NCBI GenBank assembly: GCA_046329175.1 | Contig: JAXLVE010000003.1 | Span: 18,902 to 82,901 of the forward strand | Length of the DNA: 64,000 nucleotides | Reading direction: 5' to 3' | Source of the DNA: Flavobacteriaceae bacterium | Lineage (GTDB): Bacteria > Bacteroidota > Bacteroidia > Flavobacteriales > Flavobacteriaceae | Notes under the pieces: generated by a model | Database searches by the model: none | What the model saw: only the letters and a program-made list of their open reading frames with translations | What the model was told of the DNA's origin: nothing | Translations under genes and position numbers: made by a program | Part shown: in pieces, positions 8,566 through 17,609 of the stretch | Numbering within the stretch: the stretch's first letter is position 1 | Layout: every line of letters begins with the position of its first letter

Positions 8566-10344
8566 TTATAAAGTATTATCGCCGCGCAATTCTCGGTATT
8601 TTCGGCGCGCGTCGGTAAAGTAAATACTGTCTTCGTGGTGAAAGATAATTTGCTCGTACAACGCTTTGGCCTTGGCGGTATCTTTGAGTTGGTTGTTGTA
8701 GATTTCGGCCGAAAAATAATAGGCTTCGTCTATGTATATTCCGTCTTGGTAATGATCGATGATGGTTTGATATTGCGATAAAGCCGACTGATAATCACCG
8801 AGTTTTTCATAGACTTTGCCCAATCGATATAAAGTTACCGGCTCAATTTCTTGACCTTTAAAACTTTTGAGAATTGCCTGAAACTGTTCAAGCGCTTGTT
8901 GATTTTTGTTTTGATACAACAAAAAGTCCGCCTTGGCGAATTGTTTGAGCGCGGTTTGGGTAGAATCGGCGACGGTGTTGTCATTGATAAGCAAAAAATA
9001 CTCAAGCGCATCATTAGCTATCAGCTGAGAAGAAGCCGATTTGAGTTCTTTGAATTGTTTTTGCGCCCATGAAAAATCGGTTTTAAAATAACTCGTGCGC
9101 GCTGCCTTAAAACTGGCTTCATGTCCGACGATGTCATTTTTGAGATCTTCTTCAATTTGGGCGTAATAAATTTGCGCTTGACTAAACTTTTCTTCGTAGA
9201 GATAAATATCCGCGAGTTCCATTTTGACATCGGCTTTCTGGAATTCGTTGAGCGGAAGATTGAGCGCGTTTTTCAGAATGGTCTTTCCGGCTTCGGCTTG
9301 CGAAAGATGAAAAGCTTTGAAATGCGCTTGTAAAATCTGCAACGGCAACGAATATGGACTCACGCCAAATTGTTTGATGAGCATATCGAGTTCAGCATCG
9401 ATGACTGGCAAATCTTTGGCGGTGGCTCCATCGATTTTGAGTTGCATCAAATAGGTATGTGAGCGAATTTTGAGTTCAGTATCTTGGGTATTTTCAAGCA
9501 CAAAACCAAAAATATCAGAGGCGGTGGTTTTATCGCCTTCTTCAATACACAATTGCGCGAGGTTGACAATGTTGGCAAAGGTTTCGGGATTGCGGCGATA
9601 AATGGCTTTTTGCTGGATAAAAGCTTTGCCGTATTCTTTTTGCTGTACGTAAAACCAGCTCAGATATTCGTTCCAAAACAAATCTTGACTTTTCTGAGCC
9701 CGCACAAGCAGCGCCTTTCTGAGCGCCTCGTTGAAATTCACATCGGCATCTTCGGTCATAAAACGCGTGAGCTGATTTTGAATCATGACGTTGTTTTGCG
9801 GATTGCGCTGTGCCTCGGTCAAGAACATTTCAATCATCATATCGGTATTGCCCAATTGTCCGTAGAGCAAGGCCATCTGAAAATTAAAATTGAAATTGGG
9901 CTCGACTTGCTGAGCTGTTTGATACGACTTTAAAGCATTTTCAAATAAAGAATGTCGCTCAAAAGTGCTCGCAATCATATATACTTCATTCGGGAATTTG
10001 ACAATTTTATCAAAGGCCTTTTCGTAGAATTTCTGTGCCTGAGCGTTGTCTTTTTGCAGCTGATAATTGTAGCCCAACTCCACCCAAAGAGACGCCTGTT
10101 GAAAAGTCTTAATGCGGTCTTCGAGTACTTGTTCGGCTTGTTTGTATTGCTCGAGTTGCTGATAACATTCAATGATGCGCTGAAAGTAAACGTAATTATA
10201 CGGTTGGGTTTTGAGCAATGATTCGTAGCTCAGACGTGCCTTTTCAAAATCGCCTTTGTCAAAATAGTTTTGCGCCAATTGCTCATTTTGCGAAAACACC
10301 ATTCCACAACAAAACACAGCAAGCAACAAAACAATCTTTTTCAT
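8566..10344 (-). CDS. tetratricopeptide-repeat protein (secreted/periplasmic)
   Basis: 592 aa. N-terminal signal peptide (MKKIVLLLAVFCCGMVFSQ) and many A..Y/F..A TPR-like helical repeats. Confidence 0.75.
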   Translation of the reverse strand: MKKIVLLLAVFCCGMVFSQNEQLAQNYFDKGDFEKARLSYESLLKTQPYNYVYFQRIIECYQQLEQYKQAEQVLEDRIKTFQQASLWVELGYNYQLQKDNAQAQKFYEKAFDKIVKFPNEVYMIASTFERHSLFENALKSYQTAQQVEPNFNFNFQMALLYGQLGNTDMMIEMFLTEAQRNPQNNVMIQNQLTRFMTEDADVNFNEALRKALLVRAQKSQDLFWNEYLSWFYVQQKEYGKAFIQQKAIYRRNPETFANIVNLAQLCIEEGDKTTASDIFGFVLENTQDTELKIRSHTYLMQLKIDGATAKDLPVIDAELDMLIKQFGVSPYSLPLQILQAHFKAFHLSQAEAGKTILKNALNLPLNEFQKADVKMELADIYLYEEKFSQAQIYYAQIEEDLKNDIVGHEASFKAARTSYFKTDFSWAQKQFKELKSASSQLIANDALEYFLLINDNTVADSTQTALKQFAKADFLLYQNKNQQALEQFQAILKSFKGQEIEPVTLYRLGKVYEKLGDYQSALSQYQTIIDHYQDGIYIDEAYYFSAEIYNNQLKDTAKAKALYEQIIFHHEDSIYFTDARRKYRELRGDNTL

Positions 10345-10422
10345 GAATCAGCAATCAATTAAGGTTGGTCTAAGATATTGGTTTTAACCGCAAACTTATC
10401 ACAAGTGTAAAAAGATTAACTT

Positions 10423-11694
10423 TTAGTTGATGATATCAAAGCCGGTGTACGGACGCAATACTTCAGGCACGACGATTCCGTCTGGCGTTTGATAATTCTC
10501 GATAATTCCGGCCAAAACGCGTGGCAAAGCCAAGGCGCTTCCGTTGAGTGTATGCGCCAAATGGTTTTTGCCGTTGGCATCGCGATAACGCAATTTGAGG
10601 CGGTTGGCTTGGAAGGTTTCAAAATTAGATACCGAACTGATTTCGAGCCAACGATCTTGCGCGGTTGAGAACACTTCAAAATCATACGTCAAAGCCGAGG
10701 TAAAGCCCATATCGCCGCCGCACAAACGCAAAATTCTATACGGAAGTTTGAGCTCGCGCAGCAAGGTTTTGACATGTTCGACCATGCCGTCTAAAGCTTC
10801 ATAAGATTTGTCTGGATGCTCGATGCGTACGATTTCGACTTTGTCAAACTGGTGTAAACGGTTCAGTCCGCGCACATGCGAACCATAAGATCCTGCCTCG
10901 CGACGGAAGCACGGCGTATATCCGGTACACAACACAGGCAATTCGCTCTCCGGCAAAATAACATCGCGGTATAAATTAGTCACCGGAACTTCAGCTGTTG
11001 GAATCAAGTACAAATCATCAATGCCTACGTGATACATTTGGCCTTCTTTGTCCGGCAATTGTCCAGTTCCGTAGCCTGAAGCTTCGTTGACCAAATGCGG
11101 TACTTGAAATTCTTTATAGCCGGCTTCGGTATTTTTGTCTAAGAAATAACTGATCAGTGCGCGCTGCAAACGCGCTCCTTTGCCTTTATACACCGGAAAA
11201 CCTGCTCCGGTGATTTTTACGCCGAGTTCAAAATCAACAATGTCATATTTTTTGAGCAATTCCCAATGCGGTTGAGCACCTTCGTGCAAAGTCGGGATTT
11301 CGCCTTCTTGATGCACAGTTAAATTGTCATCAGCTGTTTTGCCAGGCGGAACAATATCAGCTGGCAAATTGGGCAACGTATATAGTTTTTGCGTAAGCTC
11401 ATGCGCCAAGGCATCAACTTTTTCTGAAAGTTCTTTGCTTTGTTCTTTGAGCAAAACGGTTTTTTCTTTGAGAATCGCTGCTTTGGCTTGCTCGCCGCTT
11501 TTCATGAGCTGACCAATGGATGCCGATAGTTTATTAGATTCTGAAAGTGTGTTGTCTAACTCAACTTGGGCAGCTCTGCGCGCCTCGTCCATTTCAACAA
11601 TTTCAGACACCGTTGCACGCGCATCGAGGTTGCGTTTGGCCAATGCCTGAATCACTTTTTCTTGATTTTCTCTAATAAATCCGATCTGTAACAT
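10423..11694 (-). CDS. serS: seryl-tRNA synthetase
   Basis: Class II aaRS motifs (FRRE..., GSALA...RVL) and an N-terminal coiled-coil arm. I chose the internal ATG at 11694 (MLQIGFIREN) rather than the longest ORF start at 11727. Confidence 0.9.
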   Translation of the reverse strand: MLQIGFIRENQEKVIQALAKRNLDARATVSEIVEMDEARRAAQVELDNTLSESNKLSASIGQLMKSGEQAKAAILKEKTVLLKEQSKELSEKVDALAHELTQKLYTLPNLPADIVPPGKTADDNLTVHQEGEIPTLHEGAQPHWELLKKYDIVDFELGVKITGAGFPVYKGKGARLQRALISYFLDKNTEAGYKEFQVPHLVNEASGYGTGQLPDKEGQMYHVGIDDLYLIPTAEVPVTNLYRDVILPESELPVLCTGYTPCFRREAGSYGSHVRGLNRLHQFDKVEIVRIEHPDKSYEALDGMVEHVKTLLRELKLPYRILRLCGGDMGFTSALTYDFEVFSTAQDRWLEISSVSNFETFQANRLKLRYRDANGKNHLAHTLNGSALALPRVLAGIIENYQTPDGIVVPEVLRPYTGFDIIN

Positions 11695-11861
11695 GTTATT
11701 GGTTTTAAATTGCGTTAAGCAGCGCAAATGTAATAAATGATTTGCTTACCGTGGTGAGAAATTGACAAATAGCGGGATTTCTGTTATCAAGCATTAATTT
11801 GCTGAAAATTAACAACTGTAGTTTGAATTATTGATTAAATTCGCCAAAAAAATTTCGCAAA

Positions 11862-13835
11862 ATGAAAAAATTATACCTACTACTTGCTTTGCTTCCTTAT
11901 CTGCAAATATCAGCGCAAACACTCGATAAAGAATTTGAGGTTTTAGTCAATTCTGAACGAAAAGCCGCCTCAAAAAGAATGGCGGTGGTCATCAATCCGG
12001 ACACTTATAATTATGATGTGACTTATCATAAACTTGAATTCAAAGTGGACCCGGCCAATTTTTACATCGACGGAAAAGTAACCACCACCTACACCGCCGT
12101 GACCGATATGACCACTTTGGTTTTTGACTTAGCGCGCATAACGGATACTTCTGACCCGAATTATGCCACACAAATTGAAGTAAGTTCGGTAAAAATGAAT
12201 AACAACAATTTGGCTTTTACGCGCAACGACGAAGAAATCATCATCAACTTACCGACCACCCAAACCGCAGGAACTTCAGCCACAGTTGAAATTACTTATG
12301 CCGGTGCTCCGGCCGGAAGCGGTTTTGGCTCGTTTATTACAGACAACCATAACGGAACTCCGGTTATGTGGACGCTTTCAGAACCCTTTGGCGCGCGCGA
12401 TTGGTGGCCATGCAAACAAGATTTGAATGACAAAGCCAATTCTATTGATGTATATATTACGGCTCCGAGTGAATACAATTCGGTATCCAACGGTTTACAA
12501 CAATCTAAAACAGACAATGGCGATGGCACTTCGACTACTCATTTTCACCACGGATACCCAATTGCTGCTTATTTGATAGCCATGGCCGTGACCAATTATC
12601 AGATTTATGAGCAACAAGCCGGATTGGGAACCGCTGAGAGTCCATTTTTTCCGATTGTCAATTATATGTATCCCGAAACGGCTCCGACCAACACCAACAG
12701 TGTGGCTGTAACACCGACCATTTTAAATTTTTACGAAACCAAGTTTGGTCCTTATCCGTTTAGAAATGAAAAATACGGACATGCTCAATTTGCTTGGGGC
12801 GGCGGAATGGAACACACTACAGTCTCATTTATGACGGCTGGAAACAATGGCGCTTATTCACGAGGCTTGATCGCGCACGAAATGGGTCATCAGTGGTTTG
12901 GAGACAAAGTTACTTGTGGCAGCTGGAAAGACATTTGGCTCAACGAGGGTTTTGCCACTTATTTGGCCTCAATGACCATTGAATTTTTAGATGGCGATGC
13001 TGCCTTTGTCAACAACAAAAACAGCATGATTACATCAATCACTAGTAGCCCGAATGGTGCTATTTACATGACCGATACCGAAGCACTAAATGTGAATCGA
13101 ATATTCAGCAGCAGACTCTCGTACAACAAAGGCGCTATGGTGCTCAACATGTTGCGATTTAAATTGGGCGACACTGATTTCTTTCAAGGTTTGCGCAATT
13201 ATTTAAGCGATCCGAATTTAGCTTATGGTTATGCGCTGACTCCGAATTTGAAAGCGCATTTAGAAAACGCCTCAGGGGTTGATTTAACTGACTTTTTTAA
13301 CGACTGGGTGTACAACCAAGGATATCCGATTTACACCATCAGCGCACGAATGATTGCTCCGGGCCAGGCGCGTATTACACTCAATCAAACGCAGTCTGAC
13401 CCATCTGTGAGTTTCTTTGAACTTCCTGTTCCGGTTCGTTTGACAGGAAGCGGTGGTCAACAGCAAGATTACGTTTTAAACAATACAACCAACGGCCAGC
13501 AATTTGTGGTGAACGTTCCGTTTAATGCCACCGGAATTGAATTCAACCCGAAAAAAGATATTATTTCAAAAAACAGTACGGCTACTTTGGCGGCAGATGC
13601 TTTTGAATTTGAAGCAACTGCGACCGTTTATCCAAATCCGGCTACTGACGAGTTGAATATTGTGGTTCCGCAAAACCAAATGCTTCAATCGGTTGTTTTG
13701 TATAATGCTTTGGGGCAAAAAATAGGTGTTTACAATGCTGAAAAAGTAAACCTGAATGGTTTGTCTGCCGGCCTGTACAGCGCTGAAATCATGACCAATT
13801 CAGGTCGTTCACTTAAAAAATTCATAAAAAAATAA
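11862..13835 (+). CDS. M1-family zinc aminopeptidase with T9SS type-A C-terminal sorting domain
   Basis: 657 aa. Signal peptide, GGMEH and HEMGHQWFG...NEGFATY (HEXXH-E18) motifs, and a C-terminal VYPNPATDELNI... beta-sandwich tail typical of Por/T9SS CTD-A. Confidence 0.85.
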   Translation: MKKLYLLLALLPYLQISAQTLDKEFEVLVNSERKAASKRMAVVINPDTYNYDVTYHKLEFKVDPANFYIDGKVTTTYTAVTDMTTLVFDLARITDTSDPNYATQIEVSSVKMNNNNLAFTRNDEEIIINLPTTQTAGTSATVEITYAGAPAGSGFGSFITDNHNGTPVMWTLSEPFGARDWWPCKQDLNDKANSIDVYITAPSEYNSVSNGLQQSKTDNGDGTSTTHFHHGYPIAAYLIAMAVTNYQIYEQQAGLGTAESPFFPIVNYMYPETAPTNTNSVAVTPTILNFYETKFGPYPFRNEKYGHAQFAWGGGMEHTTVSFMTAGNNGAYSRGLIAHEMGHQWFGDKVTCGSWKDIWLNEGFATYLASMTIEFLDGDAAFVNNKNSMITSITSSPNGAIYMTDTEALNVNRIFSSRLSYNKGAMVLNMLRFKLGDTDFFQGLRNYLSDPNLAYGYALTPNLKAHLENASGVDLTDFFNDWVYNQGYPIYTISARMIAPGQARITLNQTQSDPSVSFFELPVPVRLTGSGGQQQDYVLNNTTNGQQFVVNVPFNATGIEFNPKKDIISKNSTATLAADAFEFEATATVYPNPATDELNIVVPQNQMLQSVVLYNALGQKIGVYNAEKVNLNGLSAGLYSAEIMTNSGRSLKKFIKK

Positions 13836-13910
13836 GTCTCAAGCCGAATCACATCGGTTCGTGAATAGAAAACCTTACTTTTGTGCGCTCAAAACGCATT
13901 AAAACACACT

Positions 13911-15254
13911 ATGGAAATTGCCATCAAACTCTCTCAGTTCTTGTTAAGCTTATCGTTATTGATTATCTTACACGAACTAGGACACTTCATACCGGCCAAA
14001 CTTTTTAAAACCCGCGTAGAAAAATTCTATTTATTTTTTGATGTAAAATATTCATTACTCAAAAAGAAAATAGGCGAAACCGAATACGGAATCGGCTGGT
14101 TGCCTTTGGGCGGATACGTGAAAATTTCGGGGATGATTGACGAGAGCATGGATACCGAACAAATGGCGCTTCCGGCTCAACCGTGGGAATTCCGTTCAAA
14201 ACCAGCTTGGCAAAGACTTATCATTATGCTCGGCGGTGTAACGGTTAATTTTATTTTGGCGTTTATCATTTACATCGGAATGGCCTTTTTTTATGGCGAT
14301 TTATATTTAAACAATTCTGAGCTTAAAGACGGAATTGCTGTGACTTCAGAAGTCGGCGAACATTTAGGCTTTAAAACAGGTGATAAAATTGTATCGATTG
14401 ACGGTGAGACGAATTTGCGTTTTGAAGAAATTCCGAATAAAATTTTGTTTTCAAAAAATGTGGTCATCAACAGAAATGGGCAGCAAATGACTTTGAAAAT
14501 GCCGATAGATTTGATTTCCAAATTGCTCGACAATCAAAAGAGAAACTTTATTGAATGGCGCGAACCGTTTATAGTAGGCATGGTTTCAGATTCATCTGCC
14601 AATAAAGATGTTTTGAAAGTTAAAGATGTGATGCGTTCCATCAATGGAATTGAAACCAAATATGCCGATCAAGTCGTTGAAATCGCCAAAGCCAATAAAG
14701 GAAAAACGCTTCCGGCAGTTATCTTACGCGATGAAAAAGAAGTTCCGATTAACTTGCACATCTCTCCGGCTGGAAAACTTGAGGTTTATGCCGCTTCTTT
14801 AGGCGTGGAAAGTCTTGAAAAATTAGGCGTTTACAAATTCAGCAAACAAGAATACGGCTTTTTTGAGTCGTTCCCGGTGGGCATTGAAAAAGGGAAAAAT
14901 CAACTCATTGGTTACGGAAAACAGCTCAAAGCTATCTTCAATCCAAGTACCGGAGCCTACAAAGGTGTGGGCGGATTCAAAGCTATTTTTGATATTTTCC
15001 CGAAAAGTTGGAGCTGGGAAATATTCTGGAATATCACTGCTTTGTTATCCATTATGTTGGGCGTGATGAACTTGTTGCCGATTCCGGCGCTCGATGGTGG
15101 ACACGTAATGTTCTTGCTCTATGAAATGATCAGCGGCCGCAAGCCCAGCGACAAATTCATGGAATATGCCCAAATGGTTGGCTTTGTGCTCTTAATCAGT
15201 TTGTTGGTGTTTGCCAACGGAAACGACATTTATAAAGCTATTTTTCACAAATAA
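13911..15254 (+). CDS. rseP: RIP site-2 metalloprotease RseP
   Basis: HELGHF at the N-terminus, PDZ-like middle region and NLLPIPALDGGH near the C-terminus. ATG at 13911 preferred over the upstream alternative start. Confidence 0.9.
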   Translation: MEIAIKLSQFLLSLSLLIILHELGHFIPAKLFKTRVEKFYLFFDVKYSLLKKKIGETEYGIGWLPLGGYVKISGMIDESMDTEQMALPAQPWEFRSKPAWQRLIIMLGGVTVNFILAFIIYIGMAFFYGDLYLNNSELKDGIAVTSEVGEHLGFKTGDKIVSIDGETNLRFEEIPNKILFSKNVVINRNGQQMTLKMPIDLISKLLDNQKRNFIEWREPFIVGMVSDSSANKDVLKVKDVMRSINGIETKYADQVVEIAKANKGKTLPAVILRDEKEVPINLHISPAGKLEVYAASLGVESLEKLGVYKFSKQEYGFFESFPVGIEKGKNQLIGYGKQLKAIFNPSTGAYKGVGGFKAIFDIFPKSWSWEIFWNITALLSIMLGVMNLLPIPALDGGHVMFLLYEMISGRKPSDKFMEYAQMVGFVLLISLLVFANGNDIYKAIFHK

Positions 15255-15304
15255 TATTTTTTGAAAATTTTGCGGTTTTTATTTGCGTAAAATATTTTTC
15301 GCAT

Positions 15305-15312
15305 TATATTTG
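15305..15312 (+). promoter_or_regulatory. candidate -7 box (TAnnTTTG) for tRNA-Asn
   Basis: tatatttg lies 26 nt upstream of the first tRNA nucleotide. Confidence 0.35.
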
Positions 15313-15337
15313 CACCGCTTTTAAAGGCAACACGCCT

Positions 15338-15411
15338 TCCTCCTTAGCTCAGTTGGTTAGAGCATCTGACTGTTAATCAGAGGGTCCTTGGTTCGAGCCC
15401 AAGAGGGGGAG
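15338..15411 (+). tRNA. tRNA-Asn (anticodon GTT)
   Basis: Cloverleaf read by hand. The acceptor stem TCCTCCT pairs with AGGGGGA, the D-arm is AGCTCAGTTGGTTAGAGC, the anticodon loop is CTGTTAA, and the T-arm is CTTGG TTCGAGC CCAAG. CCA is not encoded. Confidence 0.9.
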
Positions 15412-15422
15412 CAACAAAGCAA

Positions 15423-15454
15423 AAGCCTTCACAGAAATGTGAGGGCTTTTTTTT
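15423..15454 (+). terminator. intrinsic terminator after tRNA-Asn
   Basis: aagccttcaca-gaaa-tgtgagggctt hairpin with one G-U pair, followed by a run of T. Confidence 0.6.
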
Positions 15455-15470
15455 ACTAAATCTAAAACTT

Positions 15471-16106
15471 ATGAAAACACTCCGATTAATCCCTATCGTT
15501 CTAGCATTCATTCTTGTTTGTTTATCTTGTAGTTCAAGCGAAAGTAGCTCTAAAATGAGTTGTATGGAAGCAGTTAGCAAAAGTGACGTAGCTAGTGAAG
15601 CATACGATAATGCCACAAGTTCTAATTATGTTTCTTTGTGTAATGCATACAAAAATGCTCTACAAAATGAAATAAATGCCTGTGGCGACCCAGATGGTGA
15701 TTTACAAAACATCATTGATAATTTGGGAGATTGCGGTTCAACTCCAGCCCCAAGCGTAACAGTCACCGTAGGCACACTTGAAAAGACTTTTGAAACCAAC
15801 AGAACCGTTACCGTGGTGGGTACGACCCGAAAAATAAAGGTTTACGACAATGTCAATAACAGCGATTTTGTCTATTTTGAAATTCAACAAGGAGCCACTG
15901 GAGTTAACAAGATTAACAACTTCAACATTCACTTAATTTCTTCGGATTACAATCCAATGCCTGTTGATGAAGGAGGAAATTGGACGTCTAACATAACTAC
16001 CAATACAACAACCAAAATTAACGGTACTTTTTCAGGTTATGTTACCTCTCCTACAACTGGAGCTGACCTTTCATTAACCCAAGGCATTATCAACATTAAC
16101 TTATAA
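15471..16106 (+). CDS. hypothetical lipoprotein
   Basis: 211 aa. Signal peptide with a lipobox-like LSC|S, a Cys-containing helical N-terminal part and a Thr/Asn-rich beta-rich C-terminal part. I do not recognise a family. Confidence 0.55.
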   Translation: MKTLRLIPIVLAFILVCLSCSSSESSSKMSCMEAVSKSDVASEAYDNATSSNYVSLCNAYKNALQNEINACGDPDGDLQNIIDNLGDCGSTPAPSVTVTVGTLEKTFETNRTVTVVGTTRKIKVYDNVNNSDFVYFEIQQGATGVNKINNFNIHLISSDYNPMPVDEGGNWTSNITTNTTTKINGTFSGYVTSPTTGADLSLTQGIININL

Positions 16107-16127
16107 TTTAACCATCTCTTATATAAA

Positions 16128-16158
16128 TAAAATCCCAGAGTAAATTCTGGGATTTTAT
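16128..16158. terminator. bidirectional intrinsic terminator between convergent genes
   Basis: aatcccaga-gtaaat-tctgggatt hairpin flanked by an A-run on the 5' side and a T-run on the 3' side. Confidence 0.6.
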
Positions 16159-16191
16159 TTATATGTCTGGTTTTAAAATTAACATAACTAC

Positions 16192-17394
16192 TCACGGCAA
16201 AAAAGCATAGCCTCTTTTGGTTTTCCACAGAAAGTATTTTTCGAGCAAAACTTTGCTGAAATCATAGAGAACATTCGGAATCATCAGCGCAATAGTTCTG
16301 GGTTTGAACAAATGATTTGAAAAAATAATCACTTCTTTTTTGCCGCAATCCATAATACAAACTCCGGGAATTTTGCCCCAAGCTTTTTGTTTTAAATCTG
16401 TTCTGCCTTGGCTAACGCGTAGGATGTTTTCGGCGACAATCTTTCCGGTTTCGTCAGAAGGATAACCCGTTTTTGGGCTGGCAAACGGAATGGTTTTAGG
16501 GGTAAACGGCAACTTGACATCCACGGCAATTCCGGCCGCCCAAACATCCGGAACCGTTAAATGTCGGTAATCATCACCTACTGGAATATAACCATTGGCG
16601 GTTGCTTGCAAAGTGGGTGATTGTGCAACAAAATCAACACCTACAAACGGAGGCATCAACATCGTGAATTTACTCGGCAAAACCTCACCAGTAGACAAAA
16701 CAACAGCATCAGGTTTGACTTCTTTAACCCCAACTTGTGTGCGGTAGTGAATATGAAACATCTTCATAAAAGCTTTGAGCATTCCTTCGCCCAAAGGCAT
16801 CCCATCAATCCCGAAATGACCCAAATAATCCTCAGGCGTAATCCAATATAAATCTACTTTCTTACGGATGTTTTGTTCGCGCAACCATTTCTCAACATTA
16901 AACAAAAACTCATAAGCTGCGCCCATACAACCCGCATTTTGCGTGGCGCCAATCACTATTGGCCCCGGATTGACTTTAAAATCTTCTAGGGCTTTTCTGG
17001 TTTTCATGGCTCCGTTTGGCGTTCCGATATAGTGCGCATACTCTTCAACGCCCGGAGCAATATCATATTTAACTTTTGGTCCGGTGGCTACTACCAAGTA
17101 ATCGTATGTATAATCTCCGTGATCGGTTTTGACCACTTTTTGGTTGGCATCGACAGATAGGGCTTCGGCGTGTACAAAATCAACTCCTTTTTGGGTTAAA
17201 ATTTTATCTTTTCTGAATGAGATGTCTTTGATGTCTCTTCTGCCAAAAGGCACCCAAATCAGCGATGGAATAAATAAAAACAACGGAGATTTATCAATCA
17301 AGATAACTTTGTGGTTTTGTTTTCCTTTTCGTTTGAGTTCCAAAGCTGTTGTCATCCCGGCAAAGCTTCCTCCTATTATAACAGTCGTTTTCAT
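16192..17394 (-). CDS. FAD-dependent pyridine nucleotide-disulfide oxidoreductase, sulfide:quinone oxidoreductase-like
   Basis: 400 aa. N-terminal IIGGSFAG FAD loop. Conserved Cys in NAGCMGAAYEF and in GVCIMDCG, positioned like the redox Cys of SQR-type enzymes. Confidence 0.6.
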   Translation of the reverse strand: MKTTVIIGGSFAGMTTALELKRKGKQNHKVILIDKSPLFLFIPSLIWVPFGRRDIKDISFRKDKILTQKGVDFVHAEALSVDANQKVVKTDHGDYTYDYLVVATGPKVKYDIAPGVEEYAHYIGTPNGAMKTRKALEDFKVNPGPIVIGATQNAGCMGAAYEFLFNVEKWLREQNIRKKVDLYWITPEDYLGHFGIDGMPLGEGMLKAFMKMFHIHYRTQVGVKEVKPDAVVLSTGEVLPSKFTMLMPPFVGVDFVAQSPTLQATANGYIPVGDDYRHLTVPDVWAAGIAVDVKLPFTPKTIPFASPKTGYPSDETGKIVAENILRVSQGRTDLKQKAWGKIPGVCIMDCGKKEVIIFSNHLFKPRTIALMIPNVLYDFSKVLLEKYFLWKTKRGYAFLP

Positions 17395-17609
17395 TTGTTG
17401 TGAATTTGTACTTCAAAATTACGGCTTGAAAATCGAGCCGAATGTGTCAAATGTCACGTATAGCATAAGTTTTAGGCTAAAGTTTGACTGATAAATCTTT
17501 GTTGAAATTCAATAATCGGACAAATGTTAAAAGCGAAAAATAATATTATTTATAATTTGTCTAAATAAATATAGATTGTATTTTTGCTCGCGAATCAAAC
17601 AATCCTATT

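Noticed and set aside
11819-11826. tagtttga upstream of the M1 aminopeptidase gene, as a TAnnTTTG -7 box.
   Set aside because: On counting, it has only TTG after the two variable positions (TAgtTTGa), so it does not match the TAnnTTTG consensus.
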